A stretch of 64,000 bases of DNA from Candidatus Bathyarchaeota archaeon (GCA_963702095.1 OY969706.1:1728001-1792000); one strand, 5' to 3'; counted from the first letter of the stretch, positions 1 to 10,870 are shown. Notes: generated from the sequence alone by a model not told the origin. Numbers and translations: made by a program.

Positions 1-969
1 TTAGTATGTGGGGCGGTCCTCTTTTAGGATGGCGGCAACAGTAGCGGCGGTTCTGCGCCTACGCTTAACAACCACCACAACAGCCACAACCACGACTAGT
101 ACGACAATCACCGCGATGGCTGCAATGGCTGTCCAAGGCGTCGAATCCGACGTCAACGCCTGCCCAAACGGAATCTGCAAGACAAAAGCGTGTTCGCTCT
201 GAGTGTACACGAGGGATATAACCCAAACGCCGTCTTGGTCTTCACTGGAAAACGCGATTGGCTGCTCATCCATTTTCACCTGCAACGCCGAAACGTCGCT
301 TACAAGGGCTTTTGGAAGGGAAGCGTAGAGGTATCCTGTTGTGGCTGAGGTGCCGTTTGTGGTAAAACTGAGTATTTGAGTTGTGGAGTCGTAGTTTAAG
401 TCGGATAGGGTCGAGTTTGACGCAACCGAATACAGGTTACCCGACGCATCAAGCGTTAACGTGAGGTTTACTTTTGCATCCAGCCAATGCAGCGTGTCAT
501 TCCCGCTCCAATGTGCATCCAACACGTAGTTGCCTGTTGCGTTAGGAGCAAACCACACCGCGGCAAAAGTGCCGTCACTACGAGTTGGCACCAACGTGGT
601 GTTTTCCCAGTTGCCCCCAAAGTCAGCGCTAAAGCCAATGTAAATTGGGGCATTTGGAATGCCTGTTTTGTTGTAGCTCAACGTGCCTGAGACTTGGACT
701 TTGGGGTTGCTTGAGTCTGCGCCAGTTGTGCATCTCAGGTCCAATGTGGGCCAAACGGTGGGTTCGGGTTTAGGCGTTGGAGTGGGTGTAGGTTCGGGAG
801 GGACGGTGGGTGTGGGCGTGGGGGTTTCAAATGGAAAAGGGGAATCGTTGGCTAACGGCGTGTATAAAGCGCTCCCAGCACTTGCCAAGGGAAATGCAAA
901 GGATATAGAGACACAGCTTGAAAGTAGAAAAACTATCGCAAGAGAAGTGAGGAGTTTTGTTTTGATCAT
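1..969 (-). CDS. Secreted, C-terminally membrane-anchored surface protein (Pro/Thr linker, Ig-like beta domains)
   Basis: N-terminal signal peptide, PTPTPT linker, beta-rich body, C-terminal hydrophobic helix followed by KRRRR. Confidence 0.75.
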   Translation of the reverse strand: MIKTKLLTSLAIVFLLSSCVSISFAFPLASAGSALYTPLANDSPFPFETPTPTPTVPPEPTPTPTPKPEPTVWPTLDLRCTTGADSSNPKVQVSGTLSYNKTGIPNAPIYIGFSADFGGNWENTTLVPTRSDGTFAAVWFAPNATGNYVLDAHWSGNDTLHWLDAKVNLTLTLDASGNLYSVASNSTLSDLNYDSTTQILSFTTNGTSATTGYLYASLPKALVSDVSALQVKMDEQPIAFSSEDQDGVWVISLVYTQSEHAFVLQIPFGQALTSDSTPWTAIAAIAVIVVLVVVVAVVVVVKRRRRTAATVAAILKEDRPTY

Positions 970-1068
970 GGTAACACCCAAGTTATTGCTTGTTCTATCG
1001 TAACTATATGGTGATCGATGGTATGCTTTTAAGTTTTTGAAAAATGGAGGGAAAGGAAAAGTGTCTAA

Positions 1069-1310
1069 TTAATGGACACTACGTCGTCTGAGAGCAACCA
1101 CTGCCACGACTGCAACAATGACTGCGATGGGCACTATGTAGATGAGGTATTGCATTATGTCTGAGGTGCCAGTTGGGATTGGCTGTAATGCGTTATCGCC
1201 GAGTTCCAGGGTAATGTGGTGTTGGCTATGCGAGTATGAGAACATTATCAGCCATGAATCTGCCAGGGATTGACTGTTAAAGGTCACTTGATTGTTGTCG
1301 ATATAGGCTG
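1069..1310 (-). pseudogene. 5'-truncated remnant of a paralog of the 1..969 surface protein
   Basis: YIDNNQVTFNSQSLADSWLIMFSYSHSQH aligns by eye with KMDEQPIAFSSEDQDGVWVISLVYTQSEH, then TM and RRR; no signal peptide or N-terminal part upstream. Confidence 0.6.
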
Positions 1311-1370
1311 ATCAACAAACAAAAAACATGTGGACACTTGTTTACTACTGGAACGAAACATAGCTTTCTC

Positions 1371-1511
1371 TTATTCGTACCGGGTTAGGAAGAGGGGTTT
1401 TTCGGCTTCTTGCCGCCTAACGTCGAGAGGCACATCTTTGAGGGAGACGGGATCGTTTTTGAGGTGGGCTCTTTTTTGGGATAAGCCAGATTTTGCGGTT
1501 GAGTAATCCAT
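1371..1511 (-). CDS. Possible small hypothetical protein (46 aa)
   Basis: ATG preceded by GGGTGG; no recognisable motif. Confidence 0.25.
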   Translation of the reverse strand: MDYSTAKSGLSQKRAHLKNDPVSLKDVPLDVRRQEAEKPLFLTRYE

Positions 1512-1673
1512 TATGCCACCCTTTAGATAGCACTTTGCAATCAACGGATATATGGACTTGTGACTGTAAACGCACAACAACAATCAAAAAGAAAAAGGCG
1601 AAGACGAACCTATCCAAAAAAACACAATTTCTATAAACAGAACTTAACGACAAAAAATAAAATGGAAGGGTGT

Positions 1674-2981
1674 TTATGGACCCTTTTTGGTGACTTCTTT
1701 AATCGCGCCTGCCGCGACGGTGGTACCCATGTCTCGGATTGCGAATCTGCCGAGTTCAGGGAAGTCAATGAATGCTTCAACTGCGATTGGATGCAATGGT
1801 TCCATGCGTACCCAAGCTGCGTCTCCTGTCTTTAGGAAACTTGGGTGCTCTTCTGACACTTGTCCTGTGCGCGGGTCGATTTTCTTGATGAGTTCAACAA
1901 AGCGGACTGCGATTTGACCTGTGTGGTAGTGGAGAACTGGGGTGTATCCTGCTGCGATTGCGGTCGGGTGGTAGATAACGATGATTTGTCCGATGAATTC
2001 TTTTGCGACTGTCGGGGGGTTGTCTGCTGGGCCTGCTACGTCTCCGCGGTGGACATCGTTCTTGGCGATGCCTCTGACGTTCATGCCGATGTTGTCGCCG
2101 GGTTCTGCCACTGGAATTGATGTGTGGTGCATTTCGATGGATTTGACTTCAGCGGTTTTGTTGGATGGCATGAAGACCAAGGTTTGACCTGGTTTGAGGA
2201 TGCCTGTTTCTACTCTGCCGACTGGGACAGTGCCGATGCCTGTGATGGTGTATACGTCTTGAATTGGAACACGGAGTGGTTTGTTGGTTGGTTTTGCTGG
2301 GAGCTCTAATAGGTCGAAGGCTTCCATTAGGGTTGGACCAGTATACCAGGGCATCTTCTCGCTCTTCTTGAGCAAGTTGTCGCCTGTCCAGCCTGAAACT
2401 GGGACGAAGTTAATTTTCTCGATCTTGTAGCCGACCATTTTGAGCATTCTTGTAATTTCGTTCTTCATTTCATCGTAGCGTTCTTTGCTCCAGTTAACTG
2501 AGGCGTCGTCCATCTTGTTGATGGCAACGATCAGTTGGCGTATGCCCAAAGTGAAGGCTAAGAATGCGTGTTCACGTGTTTGACCGCCTGCGCCGATGCC
2601 TGCTTCGAACTCGCCTTTCTTGGCTGAGCTGAAGAGGACTGCAGCGTCGGCTTGGCTTGCTCCGGTAATCATGTTTTTAATGAAGTCTCTGTGGCCTGGT
2701 GCGTCGATGACGGTCATGTTGTATTTCTTGGTTGGGAACTGGAGGAATCGAAGGTCAATGGTGACACCGCGTTCACGTTCTTCTTTGAGGTTGTCTAGAA
2801 CCCATGCGAAATGGAAAGTTGATTTGCCCATTTGTTCGGCTTCTGCTTTGTAGGCATCGATTGTTCTCTGGTCGATTACGCCTGCTAGGTATAGTAAGTG
2901 TCCTGTGGTGGTTGATTTGCCGTTGTCAACGTGCCCCATGATGATGATGTTTAGGTGGGGTTTTCCTTCTTGTTTGCTCAT
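1674..2981 (-). CDS. tuf: Translation elongation factor EF-1 alpha
   Basis: GHVDNGKST, ERERGVTID, DAPGHRDF, NKMD, TVPVGRVETG and GRFAIRDMG motifs; ATG at 2981 (MSKQEGKPHLN). Confidence 0.98.
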   Translation of the reverse strand: MSKQEGKPHLNIIIMGHVDNGKSTTTGHLLYLAGVIDQRTIDAYKAEAEQMGKSTFHFAWVLDNLKEERERGVTIDLRFLQFPTKKYNMTVIDAPGHRDFIKNMITGASQADAAVLFSSAKKGEFEAGIGAGGQTREHAFLAFTLGIRQLIVAINKMDDASVNWSKERYDEMKNEITRMLKMVGYKIEKINFVPVSGWTGDNLLKKSEKMPWYTGPTLMEAFDLLELPAKPTNKPLRVPIQDVYTITGIGTVPVGRVETGILKPGQTLVFMPSNKTAEVKSIEMHHTSIPVAEPGDNIGMNVRGIAKNDVHRGDVAGPADNPPTVAKEFIGQIIVIYHPTAIAAGYTPVLHYHTGQIAVRFVELIKKIDPRTGQVSEEHPSFLKTGDAAWVRMEPLHPIAVEAFIDFPELGRFAIRDMGTTVAAGAIKEVTKKGP

Positions 2982-3170
2982 ATTCTTATCCTCTATTAAT
3001 CTAACCTGATTTTGTGAAATCGTTAACACATCAGTTCTTCCGATTATTTTAGGTTTATGGTAACCGTTAAGCGTGAAATATGACCTACAAAAGGGTGACC
3101 CCCCAAGAAAACCGCGGCAATCATCTCTTAGGCGATAGGACTTTTAAGCCCTGACCATTAATAGCCAACT

Positions 3171-3830
3171 ATGAGCAGCATCAGCGAACCGCAGGGCATA
3201 TCGGTAGTTACAACAACATGGAATGAAGCAGAAAATATTGAAGAGCTGCTACGCCGTATCAAAACCACGCTTAAAGCGACATTACATGAAATTATTGTGA
3301 TCGATGACAGCTCAACAGACGGAACCCTAGATCTGGCTAAACCGTTGGCGGATGTTGCGTTGCCGAAGCTCAGGGAGGGACAAACCACGGGGCTGCTGTT
3401 CGGAGCTAAACTCGCCAAGTTCCCCGTCATAGTTACCATAGATTCCGATTTGGAGAACAACCCCGAACTGATACCTGCCCTAGTCGAGAAATTGGATAGC
3501 TATGATTTGGTGGTGGCTTCTCGGAGGAATCTGCCAAGGTTGTCTGAGCGTTGGGCAGCTAAAACCTTGGGTAAAACCGTGGGCGTCTCGGATTTTTACT
3601 CGAACTTTCGAGCCTACAAAAAAGTAACCATTGGGGAGGTTGAATTGACTGGAGGGGAAACCTTTGGCGGCGAGTTACTGGTCAGGGCTAAAAAGCGTGG
3701 CTTTAGGATCGGCGAGTTACTGTATGATGCACCGGCTAGGCGCAGGCAACCCCGAATCGGCGGCTCATTTAGGGCGAACATGCGGATAACGTTTGCATCT
3801 ATAAAATGCTGGTTCATACTTCATTTTTGA
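3171..3830 (+). CDS. Glycosyltransferase family 2 (DPM1-like)
   Basis: SVVTTTWNEAENI, IIVIDDSSTDGT and TIDSDL (DxD) motifs. Confidence 0.88.
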   Translation: MSSISEPQGISVVTTTWNEAENIEELLRRIKTTLKATLHEIIVIDDSSTDGTLDLAKPLADVALPKLREGQTTGLLFGAKLAKFPVIVTIDSDLENNPELIPALVEKLDSYDLVVASRRNLPRLSERWAAKTLGKTVGVSDFYSNFRAYKKVTIGEVELTGGETFGGELLVRAKKRGFRIGELLYDAPARRRQPRIGGSFRANMRITFASIKCWFILHF

Positions 3831-3949
3831 TTACAAACAAATTAGCGGTAAATTGGCATCATCTAATAACTATTTGGAAATATTTTCGCATTCTATGGTT
3901 AAGATTATTAGTTGCGGCATTTATGGAATGACAAGGGAAAATAACACCC

Positions 3950-6458
3950 ATGCTTAAAGAGGTAATCTTAGGCGGTCTGTGGAGATTCAAAGGCTTCCGC
4001 GGATGCGACGGAGAAGAACAAGGAGCCTACCGAACAGACATCAACATCGACGATTGGTTGCTGGCAGAGGCACCCCTGACTGCCCACACCAATTTGTTAG
4101 CTAACAAGATTATCCCCGACCCGTTCATGGGCGTCAACGAGCGCGATGTGCAGTGGGTTAACGAGAGCGAGTGGTGGTACCGCAAAGAAGTAGAGTTGAC
4201 CCCCGAATTAATCGGCAAAGACATTGTAGAGTTGGCTTTTGAAAGCTTAGACACCTTCGCAACCATCTGGGTAAACGATGTCAAAGTGGGCGAAGCAAAC
4301 AACATGTTCACGCCCTGGCGTTTTAGCATAAAACAAGCCGTTAAAACAGGAAAAAACCTCATCGTAATCCGATTCAAACCCATCAACAAAGTCGCCGCTG
4401 AACTCGAAAAGCAGCACCAGCACAAATACGTGAGTTTGAGCGCAGACAACTTTTCTGCCCGACCCTACGTGCGGAAGGCTCAGTACTCGTTTGGCTGGGA
4501 TTGGGGGCCAACGTTGCCGACAGCTGGGATTTGGCGGAAAGCCAAAGTCGTCGCATATGACACTGCAAGGATAGGGTATTTGGCTGGGTTGCCTGAGGAA
4601 GTATCCAGTGATAGGGCAAAGGTGAAGCTAAGCGTGGAAGTTTATGCTGCAAAAGATGTCGTGCTCCAAGTAAAGTTTGTGCTTGCTGGGTTTGGGCAGA
4701 AAAGTGAACAGGATATGGAACTCGAAAACCAGGGTTGGCAGAAACTTTGCTGACTGCACCCTAGAAGTTGAGAGTCCAAGGCTTTGGTGGCCCCAAGGAT
4801 ACGGCGAACCCAACTTATACATGGCAACCGTCCAAGTGCTCGACAAAGAAGAACTGCTCGATGAATCCACAGTTAAAGTCGGCGTAAGAAGCATCCGTCT
4901 TGTACAGGAGCCCGACGAAGAAGGAAAAACCTTTATCTTCCAAATCAACGATCAAAACGTCTTCTGCAGGGGCGCAAACTGGATACCCGCCGATTCGTTT
5001 CTGCCCAAAGTCAACTATGAACGCTACGCTAAACTCCTCGATTACGCGGCAGAAGCCAACTTTAACATGCTCCGTGTCTGGGGCGGAGGAGTATACGAAG
5101 CCGACGAATTCTACGACCTCTGTGACGTATTGGGAATTATGGTTTGGCAGGATTTCATGTATGTCTGCGCAGGCTACCCTGAAGAGGAATGGTTCCTAAA
5201 AGAAGCAGAACGGGAAGCCATGGAAGCCGTGCTGCGGTTGCGGGGGCACCCCTCCATTGTGTTGTGGTGTGGCAACAACGAGAACCAATGGTTACACTCT
5301 GTACTATGGCGGGTACGCGACAAAGTCGAGCGCCTGTATGGCTCACAAATCTATGAGTCGCTGCTGCTTAGGGTCTGCCAGTTTCTGGACCCCACCAGAC
5401 CTTACAGGCCAAGCACACCCTTTGGGGGAGAAGACGCCAGTGGGCGACATGAAGGCGACAGGCATAACTGGGAGGTTTGGAGCCAAGGCATCGATTACCC
5501 CGCTTACTTGGAGGATAATGGGCGGTTCATTTCAGAGTTCGGTTGGCAAGCTCCGCCTACGATGAAGCTGCTGCGCTCTTACATTGAAAAGCAGGATTTG
5601 AACCCTGATTCCTTTGCGTTTCGGGCACATGAAAAACAAGTTGGCGGCTTAGAACTGCTAAAGGCTCTGTTATCGATACATTACCCTGTTCCTCCGGATA
5701 TGGAGCGGTTTGTGCTCTACAGTCAACTTAACCAAGCTGAAGCCCTAAAAACAGGAGTAACCCACTGGCGCAGCCGCATGTTCAAAACCAGCGGATGCCT
5801 CATTTGGCAACTTAACGATTGCTGGCCAGTTATCAGCTGGAGCCTCATCGACTACGGTTTAAACCCTAAACCAGCCTACTATGCTGTTAAACGGGCATAC
5901 CAACCCGTTATTGCACCGTTTATTGTTAAGGGCGACAGTTTGGAATGCTACATCATAAACGAGACAACCGCAGAATTAGATACAAAGTTAAGGTTTGAAG
6001 TGATGAGTTTTAGCGGAGAGGCACTGTTTAACCAGGTAATTGAGAACACCGTGCCGTCGTTCTCCTCAAAACTTGCGCTGGAAAAACCGTTGGGTGGTCT
6101 GCCAGCCAGAGACGATTGCATTTTGGTGGCGATGTTGGAAAGCGCCGGCAAAGAAATCGCCGTAGACACCAAAACCATAGCTGAACCCAAAAACCTAAAA
6201 CTCCCCGCCGCACCAATCCACGTCACTCCAAAAAAAGTAGGCTCCAAAACCTTTGAAGTCACCCTTCAATCATCCGTCTACGCCAAAGCCGTTGCGTTGG
6301 ATACAAGCGATTTAGGCTGCAAGTTCAGCGACAACTTTTTTGACTTAGTCCCGAACAGACCAAAAAACGTTCTGTGCCATCTAGAAAAAGAGTTAAGCCC
6401 AGAACAATTTAACAACGCATTAAGCTGCCAATCATATCCTTATCGTCAACAGACCTAA
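3950..6458 (+). CDS. Beta-mannosidase, glycoside hydrolase family 2 (one +1 frameshift near 4725-4735)
   Basis: RKAQYSFGWDWGP in 3950..4753; GANWIPAD, NMLRVWGGG, WCGNNE, FISEFG and WQLNDCWP in 4677..6458; the halves join if one base is removed near CTCGAAAACC. Confidence 0.92.
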
Positions 6459-6462
6459 AGGC

Positions 6463-7554
6463 TTAATTTTTTAATTCAGTAGGCAGGATCGGTACTGGGG
6501 CTTTTATAATGACTGGGGGTTTTATGCCGCCTTTTAGCAATGATTTGATACCCATCCACTCGATTATGGGGTAACCGACGATTATTTGGCACCAGTAAGT
6601 CAACAATCTAACGATGGTGGTAGCGGCGCCTGCTACAGCCAACGGAACACCGTAGAGCGCAAACATGTTAACCATCGTCACCTCCACGGCGCCCACAGGG
6701 ATACCTGCAGTCACGGTTTCCACGGTTGTGACTATGCAGTAAACAGTTGCTAAGTCAAGCAGGGAGATAGAGGTAAAGTTGAGGGCATAGAAAATCAGCA
6801 GGTACACTATGAGACTAAACATCCAAGCTGCGACTGCGAAGAGGGCTGGTTTTATGAGTTTGCGGGGTTGATTTTTGAGGGTTTTGAAGACTTCGACAAA
6901 GGACAGTAAGCCATCATGGATTCTTTGTATGTAGGAAACCTGTTTTTCAGGGTTTCTTATTACGTGCTTGATGACTTTGGCTATGAGCCGAGTGATTGTA
7001 TCGACTGCGCCTGCTTTAAAGGCAATTACAAATATACCCGTTAGAACGGTTGCGGTTCCCAGAACCACCAGTATAACGGGGGTTACGAGGAAAACAGGTA
7101 GTTGATGAGTGCACAGAAGCAACGCAAAAGCCACCAGTAACCCGCCCGAATACACAAAAGTGCTGATGATGCGTGAACCGATAACTGTTGCGGCTGCGAT
7201 GCCTGTGTCATGGTTAGTTTCTTTCTGCGCTAGGGCTATGCGCACGACTTCGCCGCCGACTGTGGCGCTGGGAATGATTAATTCAATAAAGTTTCCGATC
7301 CAGTTGTAGAGGATTAGCTTGCGGAGTTTAACTTTAACTGACAGTGAATCTAGGAGGCTATGCCAGATTAGAGAGTCAAAAATGACGGAGACAACAAATG
7401 CGCCGATCGCTAAAGCCAGAAACAGGGAGTACTGGTACATGTTGAGTCTACTTAGCAGGGTGAAGAGACCGTCGAAGCCGACGAAAAACCACAAGTATAG
7501 AATAAAAGCTACTAAACCCAAAGCCATAAACGCAAAGGTTTTTCGGTCACCCAA
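6463..7554 (-). CDS. Lysylphosphatidylglycerol synthase TM-domain / flippase-like protein (AglD2/UPF0104 type)
   Basis: Multi-TM protein with IPSATVGGEVVRI, GIPVGAVE and RLLTYW motifs. Confidence 0.82.
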   Translation of the reverse strand: MGDRKTFAFMALGLVAFILYLWFFVGFDGLFTLLSRLNMYQYSLFLALAIGAFVVSVIFDSLIWHSLLDSLSVKVKLRKLILYNWIGNFIELIIPSATVGGEVVRIALAQKETNHDTGIAAATVIGSRIISTFVYSGGLLVAFALLLCTHQLPVFLVTPVILVVLGTATVLTGIFVIAFKAGAVDTITRLIAKVIKHVIRNPEKQVSYIQRIHDGLLSFVEVFKTLKNQPRKLIKPALFAVAAWMFSLIVYLLIFYALNFTSISLLDLATVYCIVTTVETVTAGIPVGAVEVTMVNMFALYGVPLAVAGAATTIVRLLTYWCQIIVGYPIIEWMGIKSLLKGGIKPPVIIKAPVPILPTELKN

Positions 7555-7827
7555 ACCCAGTTCAAACTCTCTCCTATTGATTCATCTGATATTCGCCGTA
7601 GGCCTCAGCGTGCACTGCCCGATGCGTTTGCTGAGCTTTTCGACTCGGGCTAAAAGGTATTGCTACCCTAGTTTGCCATTCAGTTTACACCCAAAAAGGG
7701 TTTTTAACATATATTAATCAAATGGCGAGTTAACAGCATTTTCTCCAAGCATCATAACAAGCAGAAAAGCAATAACTCAAACAAACGTTCAATCGAAAGG
7801 TGGACGGTTGAAAGAAAAATTGGGCGG

Positions 7828-8283
7828 TTACGCCCGTTTTATGGGTGCAAATGTTATTTCGATTTCGCCCCATCCTGATGCCGCAGTGGATTCCGCTGTT
7901 TCTGCGCTGGTTGATTGTTTTGCAGTTGCCTCCTCCTGTGGGTTGAAAGCTACTCGTACCTTGCTGTAGACGCTGAAGTTCTTGGGTAAATCACGTTCAA
8001 TGACAAAGCCCACACGTGTAATAAGCGCTTGACGTATCTGATCGGTTGTCAACGGCGTTGTTGGTAGAGGTTGAAGCTTCTTTTTGCCTGCTTCAATACT
8101 GATTTTTATTGGCAATTTAACCCTGAGATTCTGGATACTTAGCAACGCACTGCTTTTACCTAAGTCTGTCCCCTCCGTGTCTGCAACTGTGCTGATATAG
8201 TCAAGGGCGCTTTGGACTTCATTGTGGATGGCAAGTATCGCTTCTGTCAGGTAGGATGCGTTTTTTTCAGTTGCTTGTGTCAT
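7828..8283 (-). CDS. Hypothetical protein, third gene of unknown three-gene operon (helix plus beta-strand architecture)
   Basis: 4-bp overlap with the upstream gene; C-terminal GEIEITF echoes SEVQITF/GRVQIDF of its neighbours. Confidence 0.75.
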   Translation of the reverse strand: MTQATEKNASYLTEAILAIHNEVQSALDYISTVADTEGTDLGKSSALLSIQNLRVKLPIKISIEAGKKKLQPLPTTPLTTDQIRQALITRVGFVIERDLPKNFSVYSKVRVAFNPQEEATAKQSTSAETAESTAASGWGEIEITFAPIKRA

Positions 8284-8984
8284 AGAACCACCGTTTTAAA
8301 GGTTATTTGTACTTCACTTAGTACGTCGGCTTTGAGGGACAGGAATTCTGGGCGGTTAGTGTTTACTGGTTGGGCAACGATTTTGCGGATACCTATACCC
8401 GCGATTTTTGAACCAGTCGTGGAAGTAGACGACGCAGTTGAGTCCACTTCAAACCTCAAGGTAAGTTTTGAAGTTATTTGCCCATTATCCACGTAAACTC
8501 GGGGGATGCCACGTGAAACGACTGTTCGGATGACGGCTAAATGCTGCATAGCCAAAGCCAAGCGTGCCGCAGCTAAAATGTTGTTATAGCCAGCGGTGCT
8601 GATTACGGTTTTTCCTCGGTTTACGCGATCTACAGTTAAGTCGCTTTTTGTTATCTTGTAGCCGGTTTTGCTATAGATTGGGGGTGATTCGCCTGTTTCC
8701 TTGTTGCTTGTGTATGGTTCGCCTGCATCTGCCGCGCTTTTGTCTGGGGTGCCTGTGCTCGAGGGAAAAAGCCTTAGAATTTCCGCTCGGAGTATGTCGT
8801 CGGTTAGGTTTTCTTTGGCATACTCCTCCGCTGAAAGTTGAGCTTGCTGTGCTAGCTGTGCAACCTGTTTTTCCTGTGTCAGTATTGAGGTAACTACTGC
8901 GTTGAGGGTTTCGGAAATAAGTGTGGAGGCGAACTCAGCAAAGCCCATCTCTGCCGATTTCGCTGTGCTGACTGCCATATTCAT
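8280..8984 (-). CDS. Hypothetical protein, paralog of 8989..9774
   Basis: Shares F.EF...LI, G(I/V).R..V..G.I...LT and VQI.FKT motifs with the adjacent gene. Confidence 0.8.
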   Translation of the reverse strand: MNMAVSTAKSAEMGFAEFASTLISETLNAVVTSILTQEKQVAQLAQQAQLSAEEYAKENLTDDILRAEILRLFPSSTGTPDKSAADAGEPYTSNKETGESPPIYSKTGYKITKSDLTVDRVNRGKTVISTAGYNNILAAARLALAMQHLAVIRTVVSRGIPRVYVDNGQITSKLTLRFEVDSTASSTSTTGSKIAGIGIRKIVAQPVNTNRPEFLSLKADVLSEVQITFKTVVL

Positions 8985-8988
8985 GCAT

Positions 8989-9774
8989 CTAGGTGGTCAT
9001 GGGTTGATAGTCAGTCTTGAAGTCGATTTGAACGCGTCCGTAGATTTGCACTTGGCTGCCTGAGATGTCGCGGTTGGTTTCTCTGGCGGTTGAGATGTTT
9101 AGGGTGTTGAAGCTTGTGGAGGCTGAGGCTTTTACCCAGAGGCTGGTTAATCCTCCGGTGCCTGCGGATGCCCGTGCAGAGAAAGACGAGGTGTTGTAGT
9201 TGTTTTTTGTGTTTTCGTAGAAGGTGTTGGCGTAAGTGTTGAAAGTTAGGCGTGTTTCTATGACTCCGTGTTCAACGACTAATCTGAGTACGCCCATCTT
9301 TACCATTTCCTTTAGCAAGGTGTATTTGTCTGCAGCGATTCTTTTGGCGACTGCTTCAAGTATCGCATCTAAGGCGGTTTGGTTGGCTATCGATGTTGCT
9401 GTAATTCCGGGGTTATCCTGTACATCGGGAACTACAAGGGCGCTGTTTAATCTGTCTGCATCCGCGGTTGTTAAGGTTGCGCCCACTCGGATCTTGGTGC
9501 CGCTTGTATCTGAGGTGTCTGGAAGGAGCCGAGCCAAAAACTGCAGGATCATTTCGCCGCTGATGTCATCTTTGGTGTCGTTGATGTAGGTAACTAAGGA
9601 TTTGGATACTGCCTGCATAAGGTCGACGTATGCCTCGGTCTGGCGGATGTTCGCAGAAATCAAGGCGTCGAAGACGTCGGTTATGAGTTTAGCTGTGAAC
9701 TCGGGGAAACGGATTTCTCCCAGAGGCGATTGAGCGCCTGCTGCCGAAAGTTTCTGTGCGGCAACTAGGGACAA
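8989..9774 (-). CDS. Hypothetical protein with long Ser/Thr-rich beta-hairpin-like C-terminus
   Basis: 261-aa ORF, TTG start behind GGAGG; no signal peptide. Confidence 0.8.
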   Translation of the reverse strand: MSLVAAQKLSAAGAQSPLGEIRFPEFTAKLITDVFDALISANIRQTEAYVDLMQAVSKSLVTYINDTKDDISGEMILQFLARLLPDTSDTSGTKIRVGATLTTADADRLNSALVVPDVQDNPGITATSIANQTALDAILEAVAKRIAADKYTLLKEMVKMGVLRLVVEHGVIETRLTFNTYANTFYENTKNNYNTSSFSARASAGTGGLTSLWVKASASTSFNTLNISTARETNRDISGSQVQIYGRVQIDFKTDYQPMTT

Positions 9775-10014
9775 ATTAGTTCGCCTCCAGTTGACCGAAC
9801 ACTATTGTGTGGGGATTGGTTTGTTCCTTGTTGGGGGTTGCTTGTTTTTGCATATGGGTCACAAGCGGTCACTAGCCTGCTTTCATTAATAAGACTTGCT
9901 AAAGAATTTGTGTCTAAACTTTCTGTTGCACAAGTAAGAAAGCCCAAGGATATAGACAGGATTATCAAAAAACTCTTATGTACTTGAATGGGACATACAG
10001 AGAAGCGATGCAGC

Positions 10015-10398
10015 ATGCAAACTGATACAGAAGCAAAAATAAAAGCGGACCTCCTAGCAGAAACCCAAACCCTTGAACAGAACTACAAAATCTTAGCTGG
10101 ATTCACTTCAGGAAAAGATTACGACCCCGCAACCGTGGGCAACAGCATCCAAGCCTTCAAAGACAGCCTCAGCCGCGCCAGCGCCTACGTATTAGCCCTC
10201 TACAACCTCAAGGGCCAACGGGTCAACATCCCCTGGGAACAACTCTTTACAAGCCTCGATTACGCGTTGGCGACGCTTTCAACTTCTGCTTCCACCAAGG
10301 GCAGGGATGCGGTTAGGGCGGTTTTGGCTATGTCGCAGGAGCAGATGGGGCAGGTCATGTCCTATTTTGCTGCGCTCAAAGAATCACTTACCCAGTGA
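10015..10398 (+). CDS. Hypothetical alpha-helical protein
   Basis: Amphipathic-helix pattern; divergent from the three-gene operon. Confidence 0.7.
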   Translation: MQTDTEAKIKADLLAETQTLEQNYKILAGFTSGKDYDPATVGNSIQAFKDSLSRASAYVLALYNLKGQRVNIPWEQLFTSLDYALATLSTSASTKGRDAVRAVLAMSQEQMGQVMSYFAALKESLTQ

Positions 10399-10610
10399 AC
10401 CCATGCCAAGTGAAGGCTGCTATTTAGGCAGAGCATCTCCTTTGGGCAGCGGACGCCTCTATGTTGCCATGTAATTTGGCGCTGGCTCAACGATTTTCAG
10501 CAGATCGGATTGTTTGTTTGGTTTGATGGTGTTAAGCCTGTTTTTTGGGTTGCTAGAGGCGGATTGATGTGCCTTTTTTGCTATTCAATGGTTTTTATGG
10601 AGAAAAGCAT

Positions 10611-10795
10611 TCGATACATGCACCCCATCCACACCCTGGCCCATCCAACATGCTCCATGCAACGCATGTGGAGGAAAATACGTATGCCACACTCTAACAG
10701 GCGTTGAAAACCATTACAACCGCAAAACGCAACACAATCCTCAAGCAGTCTTGTGGCACCCCACAAACCGCCACACCCACATAAAGAGAGAAAAC
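10611..10795 (+). repeat. Dispersed ~180-bp intergenic repeat, copy 1
   Basis: Colinear with the reverse complement of 16492..16676 and with 51981..52155; ends in CCACACCCACATAAAGAGAG. Confidence 0.9.
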
Positions 10796-10870
10796 TAATC
10801 AGTAAAACCTCGACTTACTGACAAAACAATACTATTCGTTTCCAAAGGCTTTTAGGCGTTCACACCCATA

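Noticed and set aside
755-830. Short tandem repeats here and at about 25000..25140 and 53980..54100
   Set aside because: They encode Pro/Thr linkers of surface proteins and are not independent repeats
4677-4753. Programmed frameshifting in the beta-mannosidase, by analogy with Saccharolobus fucA1
   Set aside because: The needed shift is +1, there is no slippery heptamer, and similar single-base breaks occur throughout the window
10581-10766. Cys-rich ORF (GATR...FCGCN.F...CGI..FLH..CM) open in three copies of the dispersed repeat
   Set aside because: Starts and stops differ between copies and many differences are non-synonymous; best explained as a by-product of nucleotide similarity
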